This document shows positions 41,000 to 50,519 of a DNA stretch of 64,000 nt, one piece after another. Origin of the DNA: Candidatus Hydrogenedentota bacterium (GTDB lineage: Bacteria > Hydrogenedentota > Hydrogenedentia > Hydrogenedentales > SLHB01). The DNA lies in assembly GCA_963745075.1 (NCBI GenBank), contig CAVUWV010000018.1, forward strand, positions 160,001 through 224,000, written 5' to 3'. The notes below the pieces were generated by a model. That model made no database searches. It saw nothing but the letters and a program-made list of their open reading frames with translations, and was not told where the DNA came from. Every line of letters begins with the position of its first letter. The first letter of the stretch is position 1. The position numbers and the translations under genes are program-made.

Positions 41000-42105
41000 T
41001 TTCGCTCCGGTCAGTTTCCGGATCAATTCGACCTCCTTCGGGTCAAACGGTGTGCCGTCCGGCCGGAAGATGTCGTGGAACCATACCGGCGGTTCGGCCG
41101 TGTACGGTCTTCTCCCACGAATCCCAGGGATAGATCGTCTGGGTCTTGCCGGAGACCAATCCCCAGTTGCACGCGCCGATTCTGCGCTCCTTCAGGTACG
41201 GCAGGATCGCGGCAAAGGTGCTGCCGACCGGGCGGCTCATGTATTCCGTGCAGATGATGGGCCGGTCATAGGGCAGTAACGACTCCACCCGCTTTTCCAT
41301 GTCCGGCAACGGACCGTAGCAGTGAAAGCTGATGAAGTCGGAATGGTCCAGCATGAACTGGTTCAACGGCGAGAGCCTCTCCGGGTCCGGCCAGCCTCCC
41401 GTCCACACGCCGACCGTGAGCGGCTGCTCCGGGTTGGCGGTGCGAGCCCAAGGGTAGACTTCCCGGAGAAAGAGCAGCGACATCTCTTCTTTGTTCGACA
41501 GATCGAGCTTGCCGTAGCTGTTGGCGTTGGTGTTGCCGGGTTCGTTGTACAGATCCCAGCCCAATACGCGCGTGTCGGTGCCGAAGCGTTTCAACACGGC
41601 CATCACGTAGGGCTCCATCTCCTCGTAGCGGGACGGGTTCTTGAGGATTTCCACCGAAGGACTCTGGACCCACCCCGAGTTGTGCACGTGGGGTTTGGGT
41701 TCGCGTTGCTTTCCCGCCTTTGGAAGCGGGATCCCAGCATGCGTCAAAGAGGACGAAGAGCGGCGCTATCCCATGACGATCCGCAATGGAAAGGAATTGG
41801 TCGATCCGCTGCAGGAACCCTTCAGGATCTTCCTGATACGGGATGTCGTGCAGGTACACGCGAACCATGTTGAATCCGAGCCCTTCGGCGTACCCGAGTT
41901 CGCGATCGATCGTGTCGGGGTCGAAGGTGTCGGCCTGCCACATCTCCAGCTCGTTGATGGCCGTGCTGGGGATGAAATCGCATCCGACCGGCCAGGGACG
42001 ATTCACATACCACGCATTGATCCGCTCGACACTCCACCGGTCGTCCACATCGGCGGGCGGGGCAGCGGATACGACTGCCATTGCGATTACACCCATCGTG
42101 AGCAC
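40988..42105 (-). CDS. Clan GH-A glycoside hydrolase (GH5-like), frameshifts near 41729 and 41108
   Basis: PSTAINELEMWQ, WDLYNEP (acid/base), ICTEYM (nucleophile), NWGLVSGKTQT; restored C-terminus WFHDIFRPDGTPF. AAGGAG RBS and GTG start. Confidence 0.82.
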
Positions 42106-42124
42106 GTTTCGGGTCTCCTTCGCA

Positions 42125-43705
42125 CTACTGCTTTTGCTGTTTCGCTTTGAGTTCGTCGTAGAGTTGGTGATATCCGGCCATGTCTTCGAGGCGCAGGAGA
42201 ATGAGGTACTCGAAGGAGAGCCGAGAAGCACCGAAGCTGATGGAACGTTTCTTGGGCGAGCGTTGGTCAGTCTTGACGAATTTCAGGGTGTGATTTCCCA
42301 CCGTGAGATCGTGGAGATCGAGGTCGTGCACGACATACTGGGATTCGGTGACCACCATGTCGATGGGAAGTCCGATAGCTTCGTCATCTAGGTAGGGCTG
42401 CCAGATCGCACCGGTCTGCGTGTCTTCGAATAACCCGCTGATACGGTATCGCCCAGCCTTTTCCACGCTGAAATCGAAGGTAATCGACCCGTCGTCGGCG
42501 TCGGTGTAGTAGGTTGTCCCAACGATGGCGGGGACCACCTTTTCGGGCGGGTCGGCGCGATGCGCGAGCGTGGACACGGGAATGATTTGATAGGGGGCGA
42601 TGCGCTTGTCCGCCGGTGGCAAGGGCGTATCGATCGTGGCCGGGGGATACTGGTACCAGAAGGCAACGGAACTGATCCAGTCCGGGCGTTCCTGGGAGCT
42701 GCCGATGCTATCGGCGTCCGGTCCCGCCGTCTCGTCGACAACGCTGCCGCGGTGCTCGATGGTGACGCGAATGGATTTGTCGAAGAGAATGGGGTCCGTG
42801 ATGTGCCAGCGGTAGGCGGTCCCGCGGTCGCTGGCAAAAACGCCTTCGTACAACGAAACGCCGTGATAGGGGGCGTTGAACTCGCGGAAGCCCCAGGCGT
42901 CATTGAAATAGTCCTCCGTGCCGGTGCCCTTGAGCCGGGGCGTCTCCTCCCCGTCGATGTAGATGAAGTCGTCCCCTTCGCCGAACCAGCCGATCTCCAC
43001 CTGCTGCACCGAGTACACCGTGCCCACGTACTGGCCGCGGCCTTTCGTATCGAGAATGGTGTAGTGTCCCGGCGGGGCCGGCATGGCCTGGTGGTATTGA
43101 GCATGAAAATACAAGGTATCCTCGGGAAGGCTCTCGCGCTTTTGCCAGTCGAGGTAGTAGTAGAAGGAAGGCACGGGATAAATGGGGGATTCGTTACTCA
43201 CCGTGACTTTGATGTGCTTTCGGAACGGCAGGTGCCAGTAACAGGTTCGCGACAACCCGGCGGATGACGCCACAACCGGGAGCGACGTAACGTTCTTCGA
43301 TACCCCGTGACCCACCGCGAAGAAATCGCCGATGGGCGATTGGACGCTGGGTTTGTCGTTGCCGTCGTAATACACGCGCAACACGACGGAGCGCCCATAA
43401 AATGGGTCGAAGGCGGCCATGGTATTCCAGAAATGCGTAATCACACCGGGTCCGTCCACGTCGAGGAGCGTAAGCGTATCGCCGGGCATGATGGAGCGCA
43501 TATCTCCGTTGCTGTTGATGTCCTCGGCGGAACTGCTGGCTCGCTCGGCGGTCCCGGGCTGAAGCCGGGTCAACGCATCGAACGTGCCCGTGGAGGCGGT
43601 CTGTGCACCTGACGCCAGCACAACCGTAAACGCGAAAAGAAATCCCGAAAGCATAGCGCATCGTGTGAATCCCCCTTTTGGTCTTGGTGAACCGTTATGG
43701 TGCAC
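42125..43705 (-). CDS. DUF2961 / GH172-like glycoside hydrolase
   Basis: GPGVITHFW, P.GDFF, WFGEGDD, GTGTEDYFN.AWG, YRWH..DPI.F. Confidence 0.88.
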   Translation of the reverse strand: MHHNGSPRPKGGFTRCAMLSGFLFAFTVVLASGAQTASTGTFDALTRLQPGTAERASSSAEDINSNGDMRSIMPGDTLTLLDVDGPGVITHFWNTMAAFDPFYGRSVVLRVYYDGNDKPSVQSPIGDFFAVGHGVSKNVTSLPVVASSAGLSRTCYWHLPFRKHIKVTVSNESPIYPVPSFYYYLDWQKRESLPEDTLYFHAQYHQAMPAPPGHYTILDTKGRGQYVGTVYSVQQVEIGWFGEGDDFIYIDGEETPRLKGTGTEDYFNDAWGFREFNAPYHGVSLYEGVFASDRGTAYRWHITDPILFDKSIRVTIEHRGSVVDETAGPDADSIGSSQERPDWISSVAFWYQYPPATIDTPLPPADKRIAPYQIIPVSTLAHRADPPEKVVPAIVGTTYYTDADDGSITFDFSVEKAGRYRISGLFEDTQTGAIWQPYLDDEAIGLPIDMVVTESQYVVHDLDLHDLTVGNHTLKFVKTDQRSPKKRSISFGASRLSFEYLILLRLEDMAGYHQLYDELKAKQQKQ

Positions 43706-43790
43706 GGGTCATCCCTCGGCGTGCAAGCCTGACGAATTCTCTGTATGCTAGTGGGACTGGTGAAGCATTCGCTGCAAGGGAGCGCCGAAG

Positions 43791-44408
43791 ATGGGATTCT
43801 ACAGTACGCGGATTTGCCCCTGTATTCTCGACGTCGTCATGACGGGCAAACATTTTGCCGAGACGCGGCCGGACGTGCTCAAACATGCCCGGGGCAATGT
43901 CTTTGAAATCGGCTTCGGCTCCGGGCTCAACCTGTCGTATTACCCGGAACACGTCACAAAACTGACGACCATCGATCCGAATCCCGGATTGCATAAGATC
44001 GCGCGCAAACGGATCGCCGACTCCTCCATCGAAGTCGAATTGCACCAGCTCCGGGGCGAGGAACTGCCGATGGCGGACGCGACCTTCGACACGGTGGTCA
44101 GCACGTGGACGCTGTGCAGCATCGCGGGCGTCGAGCAGGCCTTGCGGGAACTGCGGCGGGTGCTGAAACCCGACGGGCAATTCCTCTTCGTCGAACATGG
44201 TCTTGCGGACACGCCGCGGACCCAATGGTGGCAGCACAAACTCACGCCGATTCAAAAGGTGATCGGCGACGGGTGCCATTTCGACCGGGATATCAAGGGG
44301 CTCATCGAAGGAGGCGGCTTTCAGTTCGCCGAATACGAAAATTTCTGTTTCCACGGCATCCCGAAATGGGCGGGGTATCAGTACAAGGGCATTGCGGTAA
44401 AAGGTTAA
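43791..44408 (+). CDS. Class I SAM-dependent methyltransferase
   Basis: EIGFGSGLN, FDTVVSTWTLCSI, LKPDG..LFVEHG. Confidence 0.92.
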   Translation: MGFYSTRICPCILDVVMTGKHFAETRPDVLKHARGNVFEIGFGSGLNLSYYPEHVTKLTTIDPNPGLHKIARKRIADSSIEVELHQLRGEELPMADATFDTVVSTWTLCSIAGVEQALRELRRVLKPDGQFLFVEHGLADTPRTQWWQHKLTPIQKVIGDGCHFDRDIKGLIEGGGFQFAEYENFCFHGIPKWAGYQYKGIAVKG

Positions 44409-44492
44409 CGAGGCGTAATCTTCTCGTCCATGAACTTCTATAAGATACCGGTAATTCGATTGTAGAACAATCACAGTGAAGGCAGGTTCGGA

Positions 44493-44567
44493 ATGTAGCG
44501 CAGGCGTCTCGCCTGCAAAGTCGCTGGCTAACCCGACAAGGATGCAGGCGAGACGCCTGCGCTACAT
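44493..44567. repeat. GTAG-type REP doublet (REPIN-like)
   Basis: Perfect 25-bp inverted repeat atgtagcgcaggcgtctcgcctgca / tgcaggcgagacgcctgcgctacat. Each arm is itself a hairpin. Confidence 0.88.
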
Positions 44568-44615
44568 CCGGGGTTCCCGTGAGAGATTTTACGCCATTAT
44601 TCGGGGGGGTAAAGT

Positions 44616-46106
44616 ATGATCATTAAGATCGCCATGATCGGTGCAGGAAGCATCGGATTCACACGCCGGTTGATGCAGGACATCTTGACGGTGCCGGAAC
44701 TCCGGGATACGGAGTTCGCTTTCACTGATATCGACCGGCAAAACCTGGACATGGTCGCGCAACTGGCGCGGCGGGATATCAAGGCGAACGGTCTTCCCGC
44801 CAAGATAACGGCCACGACGAATCGCCGGCGCGCGCTCGAAGGCGCCGACTACGTCTTCTGTCTGGTTCGCGTGGGCGGACTGGAGGCCTTCCAGACCGAC
44901 ATCGACATTCCGTTGAAATACGGCGTGGACCAGTGCGTAGGCGACACCATCTGCGCGGGCGGAATCATGTACGGGCAGCGCGGGATTCCGGTGTTGCTTG
45001 ATTTCTGCAAGGACATTCGCGAGGTGGCCGCGCCGGGCTGCGTGTTCATGAATTACTCGAATCCCATGGCCATGCTCACCTGGGCCTGCAATCGGTACGG
45101 CGGCGTGAAGACCATCGGCCTGTGCCACGGCGTGCACGGCTCGTGGGAACAAATCGCGAACGTACTCGGCCTGCCGATGAATGAAGTCGACGTGGTTGCC
45201 GCGGGGATCAATCATCAGACCTGGTTCATTAGGGTGACGCACAAGGGCCGGGACATGACCGGAAAACTGCTGGCGGCCTTTGAAAAGCATCCCGTGTACA
45301 GCAAGAGCGAGAAGGTGCGCATCGACATGCTGCGGCGATTCGGGTATTACACGACGGAGAGCAACGGTCATGTATCCGAGTATGTACCCTGGTATCGAAA
45401 GCGGACGAACGAAATCCGGAAATGGATCGACCTCGGCGACTGGATTAACGGAGAAACCGGCGGCTACCTCCGCGTCTGCGCGGAGGGACGAAACTGGTTC
45501 AAGACGGATTTCCCAAACTGGTTGAAGGAGCCCGCGCCGAAGTTCACGCCGGAGAATCGTTCGTCCGAGCACGGAAGCTATATCGTCGAAGCGATGGAGA
45601 CGGGCCGCATCTACCGCGGGCATTTTAATACTGTCAACAAAGGGTGCATCACGAATTTGCCGAAGGATTGTGTCATCGAAGCGCCGGGGTACGTGGACCG
45701 CACGGGCCTTAATATGACCATCGTCGGCGATCTCCCGTTGGCCTGCGCGGCCACATGCAGCGCAAGCGTCCAGGTACAGCGAATGGCCGTCGAAGCGGCG
45801 GTCCATGGCGACGTCACGTTGCTGAAACAAGCGATGCTGCACGATCCCCTTGTGGCGGCCGTGTGCAACCCGCCGGAAGTGTGGCAGATGGTGGACGAGA
45901 TGCTCGTCGCCCAGACGAAGTGGTTGCCCCAATACCGCAAAGAAATCCCGAAAGCGCGCAAACGATTGGCTCACGAACCGAAGCTGGGCATACGAAAGTC
46001 CCGCGGCGCGGCCCGGGTCAAAACCAAGTCCGTCGCCGCAATGAAACGGGACGCGAAAGCCGCGCGAAGGAATGCGGCCGCTGTTGATAAAGCCCGGCGG
46101 ACTTGA
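44616..46106 (+). CDS. Family 4 glycoside hydrolase (alpha-galactosidase, MelA-like)
   Basis: IGAGSIGF, IPLKYGVDQCVGDT, NYSNPM, GLCHG, AGINH, TESNGH.SEY. Confidence 0.92.
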   Translation: MIIKIAMIGAGSIGFTRRLMQDILTVPELRDTEFAFTDIDRQNLDMVAQLARRDIKANGLPAKITATTNRRRALEGADYVFCLVRVGGLEAFQTDIDIPLKYGVDQCVGDTICAGGIMYGQRGIPVLLDFCKDIREVAAPGCVFMNYSNPMAMLTWACNRYGGVKTIGLCHGVHGSWEQIANVLGLPMNEVDVVAAGINHQTWFIRVTHKGRDMTGKLLAAFEKHPVYSKSEKVRIDMLRRFGYYTTESNGHVSEYVPWYRKRTNEIRKWIDLGDWINGETGGYLRVCAEGRNWFKTDFPNWLKEPAPKFTPENRSSEHGSYIVEAMETGRIYRGHFNTVNKGCITNLPKDCVIEAPGYVDRTGLNMTIVGDLPLACAATCSASVQVQRMAVEAAVHGDVTLLKQAMLHDPLVAAVCNPPEVWQMVDEMLVAQTKWLPQYRKEIPKARKRLAHEPKLGIRKSRGAARVKTKSVAAMKRDAKAARRNAAAVDKARRT

Positions 46107-46201
46107 TTCGCTCCGAAACGACATCTATTCTCCGTTAGGGTCATCTGCTTTGGGGGGATGCCTCGTCGTTCCGCAAACGTACCTGGAGGTCGTCAGCAAT
46201 T

Positions 46202-47809
46202 ATGCGAATCATGCCATTCGTCGCGCTCTTTCTGTGTTTTTCATTCCCAACATTTGGCGCGCGGCCGCAAACCGCAACGGGCGTTGTATTCAACGACAGC
46301 AACGGCAACGGCGTCCATGATCATGGCGAAACCGGGATTAAGTCCGTCGCCGTATCGAATGGTATCGACGTGGTGCAGACCGATCGCCATGGCAGATACG
46401 CGATTCCAGTCAGCGACGACACGATCGTTTTCGTGATTAAACCCGCAAATTGGCAGACGACGATCGACCCGGTCACGCAGATACCGCGGTTCTACTACGT
46501 GCACAAGCCGGGCGGCTCGCCGCAATCAAAGTATCCGGGGGTGGCGCCGACGGGTCCCTTGCCAAATTCCATCGATTTCCCATTGCACAAACATCGCGAG
46601 CCGCATAGATTTCGCGTGGTTTGCCTGGGCGATACGCAAACCCCCACGCAGGAAACCGTAGATTTTCTCAGCCACGATCTGATTGAAGAACTCTCGCATG
46701 TGGACACGGCGTTCGGGATCACGTTGGGCGATTTGGTGGACAACAATCTTGATATGTACGAGCCGTTGGTCCAAACGGTCGGATTGCTTCAACGGCCGTG
46801 GCGTCACGTCATCGGCAACCATGACCTGAACCAGGATTCGCCCAACAACCAATACGCCGATGAATCCTATGAGCGTGTGTTCGGACCATCGCACTACGCG
46901 TTTAACTACGGCAAAGTCCATTTCGTTGCGTTCGACGACGTGCTTTGGCAAGGCAAAGGCTATGTGGGCCGCTTCGGCGAGGAACAACTCCAGTTCCTGC
47001 GGAACGATCTCGCCCTGGTACCCGAAGACTATTTGATCGTTCCGTTGATGCACATTCCACTGAATGAGGTGGAGGACCGGGACGCGTTCTTCGCGATTCT
47101 GGACGACTTTCCCCACACGTTCTCGTTGTCGGCGCACTGGCATCGACAAGAGCACTTCTTCATGGACGCGTCCATGGGCTGGCACGGCAAGGAGCCCCAC
47201 CACCATCTCGTAAACAATACCGCCTGCGGAAGCTGGTGGAAAGGCGATTTCGACGAGGTCGGGCTGCCGCACACCACGATGGCCGATGGCGGGCCGAATG
47301 GATACAGCATCATCTCCTTCGACGGCAACGCATACTCTGTGGAGTTCAAAGCGGCGCGGAAGCCGGCGGACTATCAGATGAATATCTTCGCGCCGGAATC
47401 CGTGTTGGTTGTCGATGCGGCCGCCACGGATCTGATCGTAAACGTGTTCGCGGGCTCGGAGCGATCCACGGTGGAGTTCCGCGTTGGTGACGGCGATTGG
47501 CAGCCGATGCAGCGTCAGTCCAACGTCGATCCCTTCTATGAAGCGGCGTACAACCGGGAGTTCGCCATCCTGGACAGAGCCGCCGACTTGGCTGGATTGA
47601 TAGCCGACCCAAAGTCGGCCCGCAAGAAGATGCAGTCGGACTTCTGGCCGCTCCTCCGCACGTCCACTGCGCCGCGGGAAACGGGCCACTGCTGGCATGG
47701 GAACCTTCCGGCCAACCTCGCGCCGGGGTCCCAGTTCATCGAAGTGCGCACGACGGACATGTTCGGGCATACGTATACGGGGCGGCGCGTGTTGCGGGTG
47801 GTTGAGTAG
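46202..47809 (+). CDS. Secreted calcineurin-like metallophosphoesterase
   Basis: VFNDSNGNG N-domain, GDTQ, LGDLV, IGNHD, HIP, SAHWH, CGSWW..DGGPNGY. Confidence 0.9.
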   Translation: MRIMPFVALFLCFSFPTFGARPQTATGVVFNDSNGNGVHDHGETGIKSVAVSNGIDVVQTDRHGRYAIPVSDDTIVFVIKPANWQTTIDPVTQIPRFYYVHKPGGSPQSKYPGVAPTGPLPNSIDFPLHKHREPHRFRVVCLGDTQTPTQETVDFLSHDLIEELSHVDTAFGITLGDLVDNNLDMYEPLVQTVGLLQRPWRHVIGNHDLNQDSPNNQYADESYERVFGPSHYAFNYGKVHFVAFDDVLWQGKGYVGRFGEEQLQFLRNDLALVPEDYLIVPLMHIPLNEVEDRDAFFAILDDFPHTFSLSAHWHRQEHFFMDASMGWHGKEPHHHLVNNTACGSWWKGDFDEVGLPHTTMADGGPNGYSIISFDGNAYSVEFKAARKPADYQMNIFAPESVLVVDAAATDLIVNVFAGSERSTVEFRVGDGDWQPMQRQSNVDPFYEAAYNREFAILDRAADLAGLIADPKSARKKMQSDFWPLLRTSTAPRETGHCWHGNLPANLAPGSQFIEVRTTDMFGHTYTGRRVLRVVE

Positions 47810-47924
47810 AGTCAGCGAGTACATGTCCCCGCCGCGGATTAGCTGCACCGCATTGCCGATCATCCCACATACAAGGTAAAATACAGGGAGAACTTAGGCG
47901 GACACCGACAACCAGGAAACATCC

Positions 47925-48158
47925 ATGGCTAGTCAAGCGCAGGACGTATTAAAGCAGGCGCTAGAGCTTACCCCAATCGAACGAGCCGAGCTGGTAGAAC
48001 ACATCTTGTCCAGTTTCGAGTTCGCCGATCGGGAGGAAATCAGCCGGCGGTGGGCCGCGGAGGCTGAGGCGCGAGTCAAAGCGTACGATGAGGGACGGAT
48101 GGGCTCAACCCCAGCGGACCTGGTCTTTGAGGAGATCGAACGAGACAAATACCGGTGA
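47925..48158 (+). CDS. Addiction module antitoxin (TIGR02574-like)
   Basis: ALELTPIERAELVEHILSS...W..EAE.R. Overlaps the toxin start. Confidence 0.85.
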   Translation: MASQAQDVLKQALELTPIERAELVEHILSSFEFADREEISRRWAAEAEARVKAYDEGRMGSTPADLVFEEIERDKYR

Positions 48159-48460
48159 AGACCCGGTTCCTCGACGCTGCAAAGGCAGAATTTGCGGGTG
48201 CGGTGGAGTATTACAACCTTGAACGAGAAGGGTTGGGTTTCGAATTCGCCGCCGAAGTGAGACGTACAATTGAGCGGATCCTGCAATACCCGGAAGCGTG
48301 GCCCGCCCAATCGGAACAGACGCGGCGATGTCGCTGCAATCGATTTCCCTATGCGGTTCTCTATACGGTGCGCGATGACGACCTTGTCGTGGTCGCCGTG
48401 ATGCACATGCGTCGCGACCCAGAGGTCTGGCAGGCTCGCCTCGAAGGCAGCTGTGAATAG
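48155..48460 (+). CDS. Type II toxin, RelE/ParE family
   Basis: A..YY....GLG.EF, RFPYAVLY, VAVMH.RRDP..W. Confidence 0.88.
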   Translation: MKTRFLDAAKAEFAGAVEYYNLEREGLGFEFAAEVRRTIERILQYPEAWPAQSEQTRRCRCNRFPYAVLYTVRDDDLVVVAVMHMRRDPEVWQARLEGSCE

Positions 48461-48584
48461 ATGGCAACAGTCCCGCCGCCTCAGTTTTGTTTTTGCCTAT
48501 ACTCTTTTGATGAACTCGTCGCTGCAAACATCAGAATGCGAAGCATAGAGAATCGTATATACTCATAGAAATGGGGTTGCTTCC

Positions 48585-48989
48585 GTGAACGCAGTAACCA
48601 ACAAGTCAATCGTCACCCGTTACGCGGAGGCGTTCAACCGAGGCGACGTAGATGGCGTCTGTGCACTCTTTGCGCCGGACGCGCAGATCTTCGGCGTGCT
48701 GGGATGGGGCGGGCTGGATGTGGCCCGGCCGATCTGGGAACAACTCGTCCGCTGTTTTGGGATGCAGCTCAACATCGAGGCCATCATTGCGGAAGGCGAC
48801 GCGGTTGCAGTGCGCTACACCGAATCCGGAACCTTCGTGAATGCATTCCGAGACACGGCCCCGACCGGCAAGTCCTACACAATCACCGCGATGGAGTGGT
48901 TTGTCATCCGCGACGGGCTCATCGTCCAACGCTGGGGGGCACGCGATTCCGCCACCATGTTCCGGCAAATGGAGATTCCACTGGAATAG
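48585..48989 (+). CDS. SnoaL-like ester cyclase (NTF2 fold)
   Basis: FNRGD, IAEGDAVAVR, GTF..F...PTGK, RDGLI...WG.RD. Confidence 0.85.
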   Translation: MNAVTNKSIVTRYAEAFNRGDVDGVCALFAPDAQIFGVLGWGGLDVARPIWEQLVRCFGMQLNIEAIIAEGDAVAVRYTESGTFVNAFRDTAPTGKSYTITAMEWFVIRDGLIVQRWGARDSATMFRQMEIPLE

Positions 48990-49127
48990 CGCCCAAAACG
49001 ACACTCCAGGACCGGTGCGTGAAGGAATTCAGGGTCCCAATGGATGTTGTTGTTGGGGCCTGGACTTCTTGCGATCGGGCTTTGTCCTTGCGAACTAGGA
49101 TAAGCTGGCATATAATAGCGTCATTAC

Positions 49128-50465
49128 ATGGCACTATCGAAAAGCGGACGTTTCGAGATGGCCCAACTTGAGATCCAAGAGCGGACTGCGACGGCCCAGC
49201 AGATCCGACGGAAGCCGCGCATTCTCTTCATGGCGGAGGATGTATCGCTCTCCCACGTGGTGCGACCGCTGCTACTGGCGGGGGCGCTCGATCCCGATCG
49301 GTACGACATTCACTTTGCGACGGGGCGGAAGCACGAATCCTTCGTACGATCAACAGGTCTCGCGTACGCGGAAATTGAGACGGTTCCATCCGATGTCTTC
49401 ATGGACCGTGCGAAAAAAGACAAGCCCATATTCAAAGGCGATGAGCTTTGCCGATCCGTTGAGGATGATCTACGGCTTTTCAAAAACATTCGCCCGGACC
49501 TTGTGGTCTGTGATTTTCGGGCATCGGCAACCATAAGCGCCGATGTTGCCAACACACCTCTCGCATTCCTGCTGAATGCCCACTACGGCTCTTACTCGAC
49601 GCAACCGCTTCCGGTTCTGGAAACACCCCTGAGGCCAATTCTTGGGAAGACCCTCGACTCGGCGTTCTTCAAATGCGTGTTGCCTTTCGTGAAGCGAGTC
49701 CATGCGCGGCCGTTGAACGAGGCGAGACAGGCGTACGGACTCGAGCCGCTTGACAATATTCGCCAGTGGATCGACTGGCCGAAGAAGTGCAGAAGCTGGT
49801 ACTTGTACCTCGATGTGCCCGAACTCTCACCGACTGTTGATCTACCTTTTAACCATCGTTACGTCGGTCCTGATATGTGGTCACCGGACGTAGCGCTACC
49901 TCCCTGGTGGGACAACGTACCATCGGATAGGCCGATCGTGTATCTCACGCTGGGGTACTCGGGGGAATCGTCGGTTTTGCCGGCGTTGTTTGAAGTGCTC
50001 GGGGAGATGCCCGTCACCGTCATCTTTTCATCAGCAGGGAATCCGAACTGCCCGCCGCTTCCTGCGAATGCGTTTGCGACCGACTTCCTGCCCGGACATG
50101 AAGCCTGCCGGCGAGCGGACTTGACCATCTGTAACGGAGGAAAAGGAACGGTCTATCAGTCGTTGAATGCCGGAACTCCCGTACTGGGTATTCCCTCCAA
50201 CATTGACCAGTACTTCACGATGTGGCCCGTAGTGGAGCAAGGGTGCGGCCTCACGCTTCGCGCGCGGCGAATGAACCGGAAGGAGTTAGCCCGGTCAATC
50301 GGCCAATTGCTTCATCGCGACGACTTCCGGATGTCCGCGAAACGCTTGCAGCGTGTCATTTCGCAATTCGACGCCAGAAAGAATTTCCGGTCGTTTCTGG
50401 AATCCATAAGCCTTGTCAAGCCAATATGGCGCATCGCCAGCCCGCCCAATACCGTCAGGCGTTGA
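49128..50465 (+). CDS. GT1 glycosyltransferase, similar to mycobacterial PGL/p-HBAD glycosyltransferases
   Basis: RILFMAEDVSLSHVVRP..LDPDRYDIHFA, PDLVVCD, DRPIVYLTLG, CNGG, NIDQ. Confidence 0.85.
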   Translation: MALSKSGRFEMAQLEIQERTATAQQIRRKPRILFMAEDVSLSHVVRPLLLAGALDPDRYDIHFATGRKHESFVRSTGLAYAEIETVPSDVFMDRAKKDKPIFKGDELCRSVEDDLRLFKNIRPDLVVCDFRASATISADVANTPLAFLLNAHYGSYSTQPLPVLETPLRPILGKTLDSAFFKCVLPFVKRVHARPLNEARQAYGLEPLDNIRQWIDWPKKCRSWYLYLDVPELSPTVDLPFNHRYVGPDMWSPDVALPPWWDNVPSDRPIVYLTLGYSGESSVLPALFEVLGEMPVTVIFSSAGNPNCPPLPANAFATDFLPGHEACRRADLTICNGGKGTVYQSLNAGTPVLGIPSNIDQYFTMWPVVEQGCGLTLRARRMNRKELARSIGQLLHRDDFRMSAKRLQRVISQFDARKNFRSFLESISLVKPIWRIASPPNTVRR

Positions 50466-50519
50466 GAACTATCGGTCTACCTCGTATTGAAGCCGGCCGA
50501 AACAACGTTTGCCCCCAAT

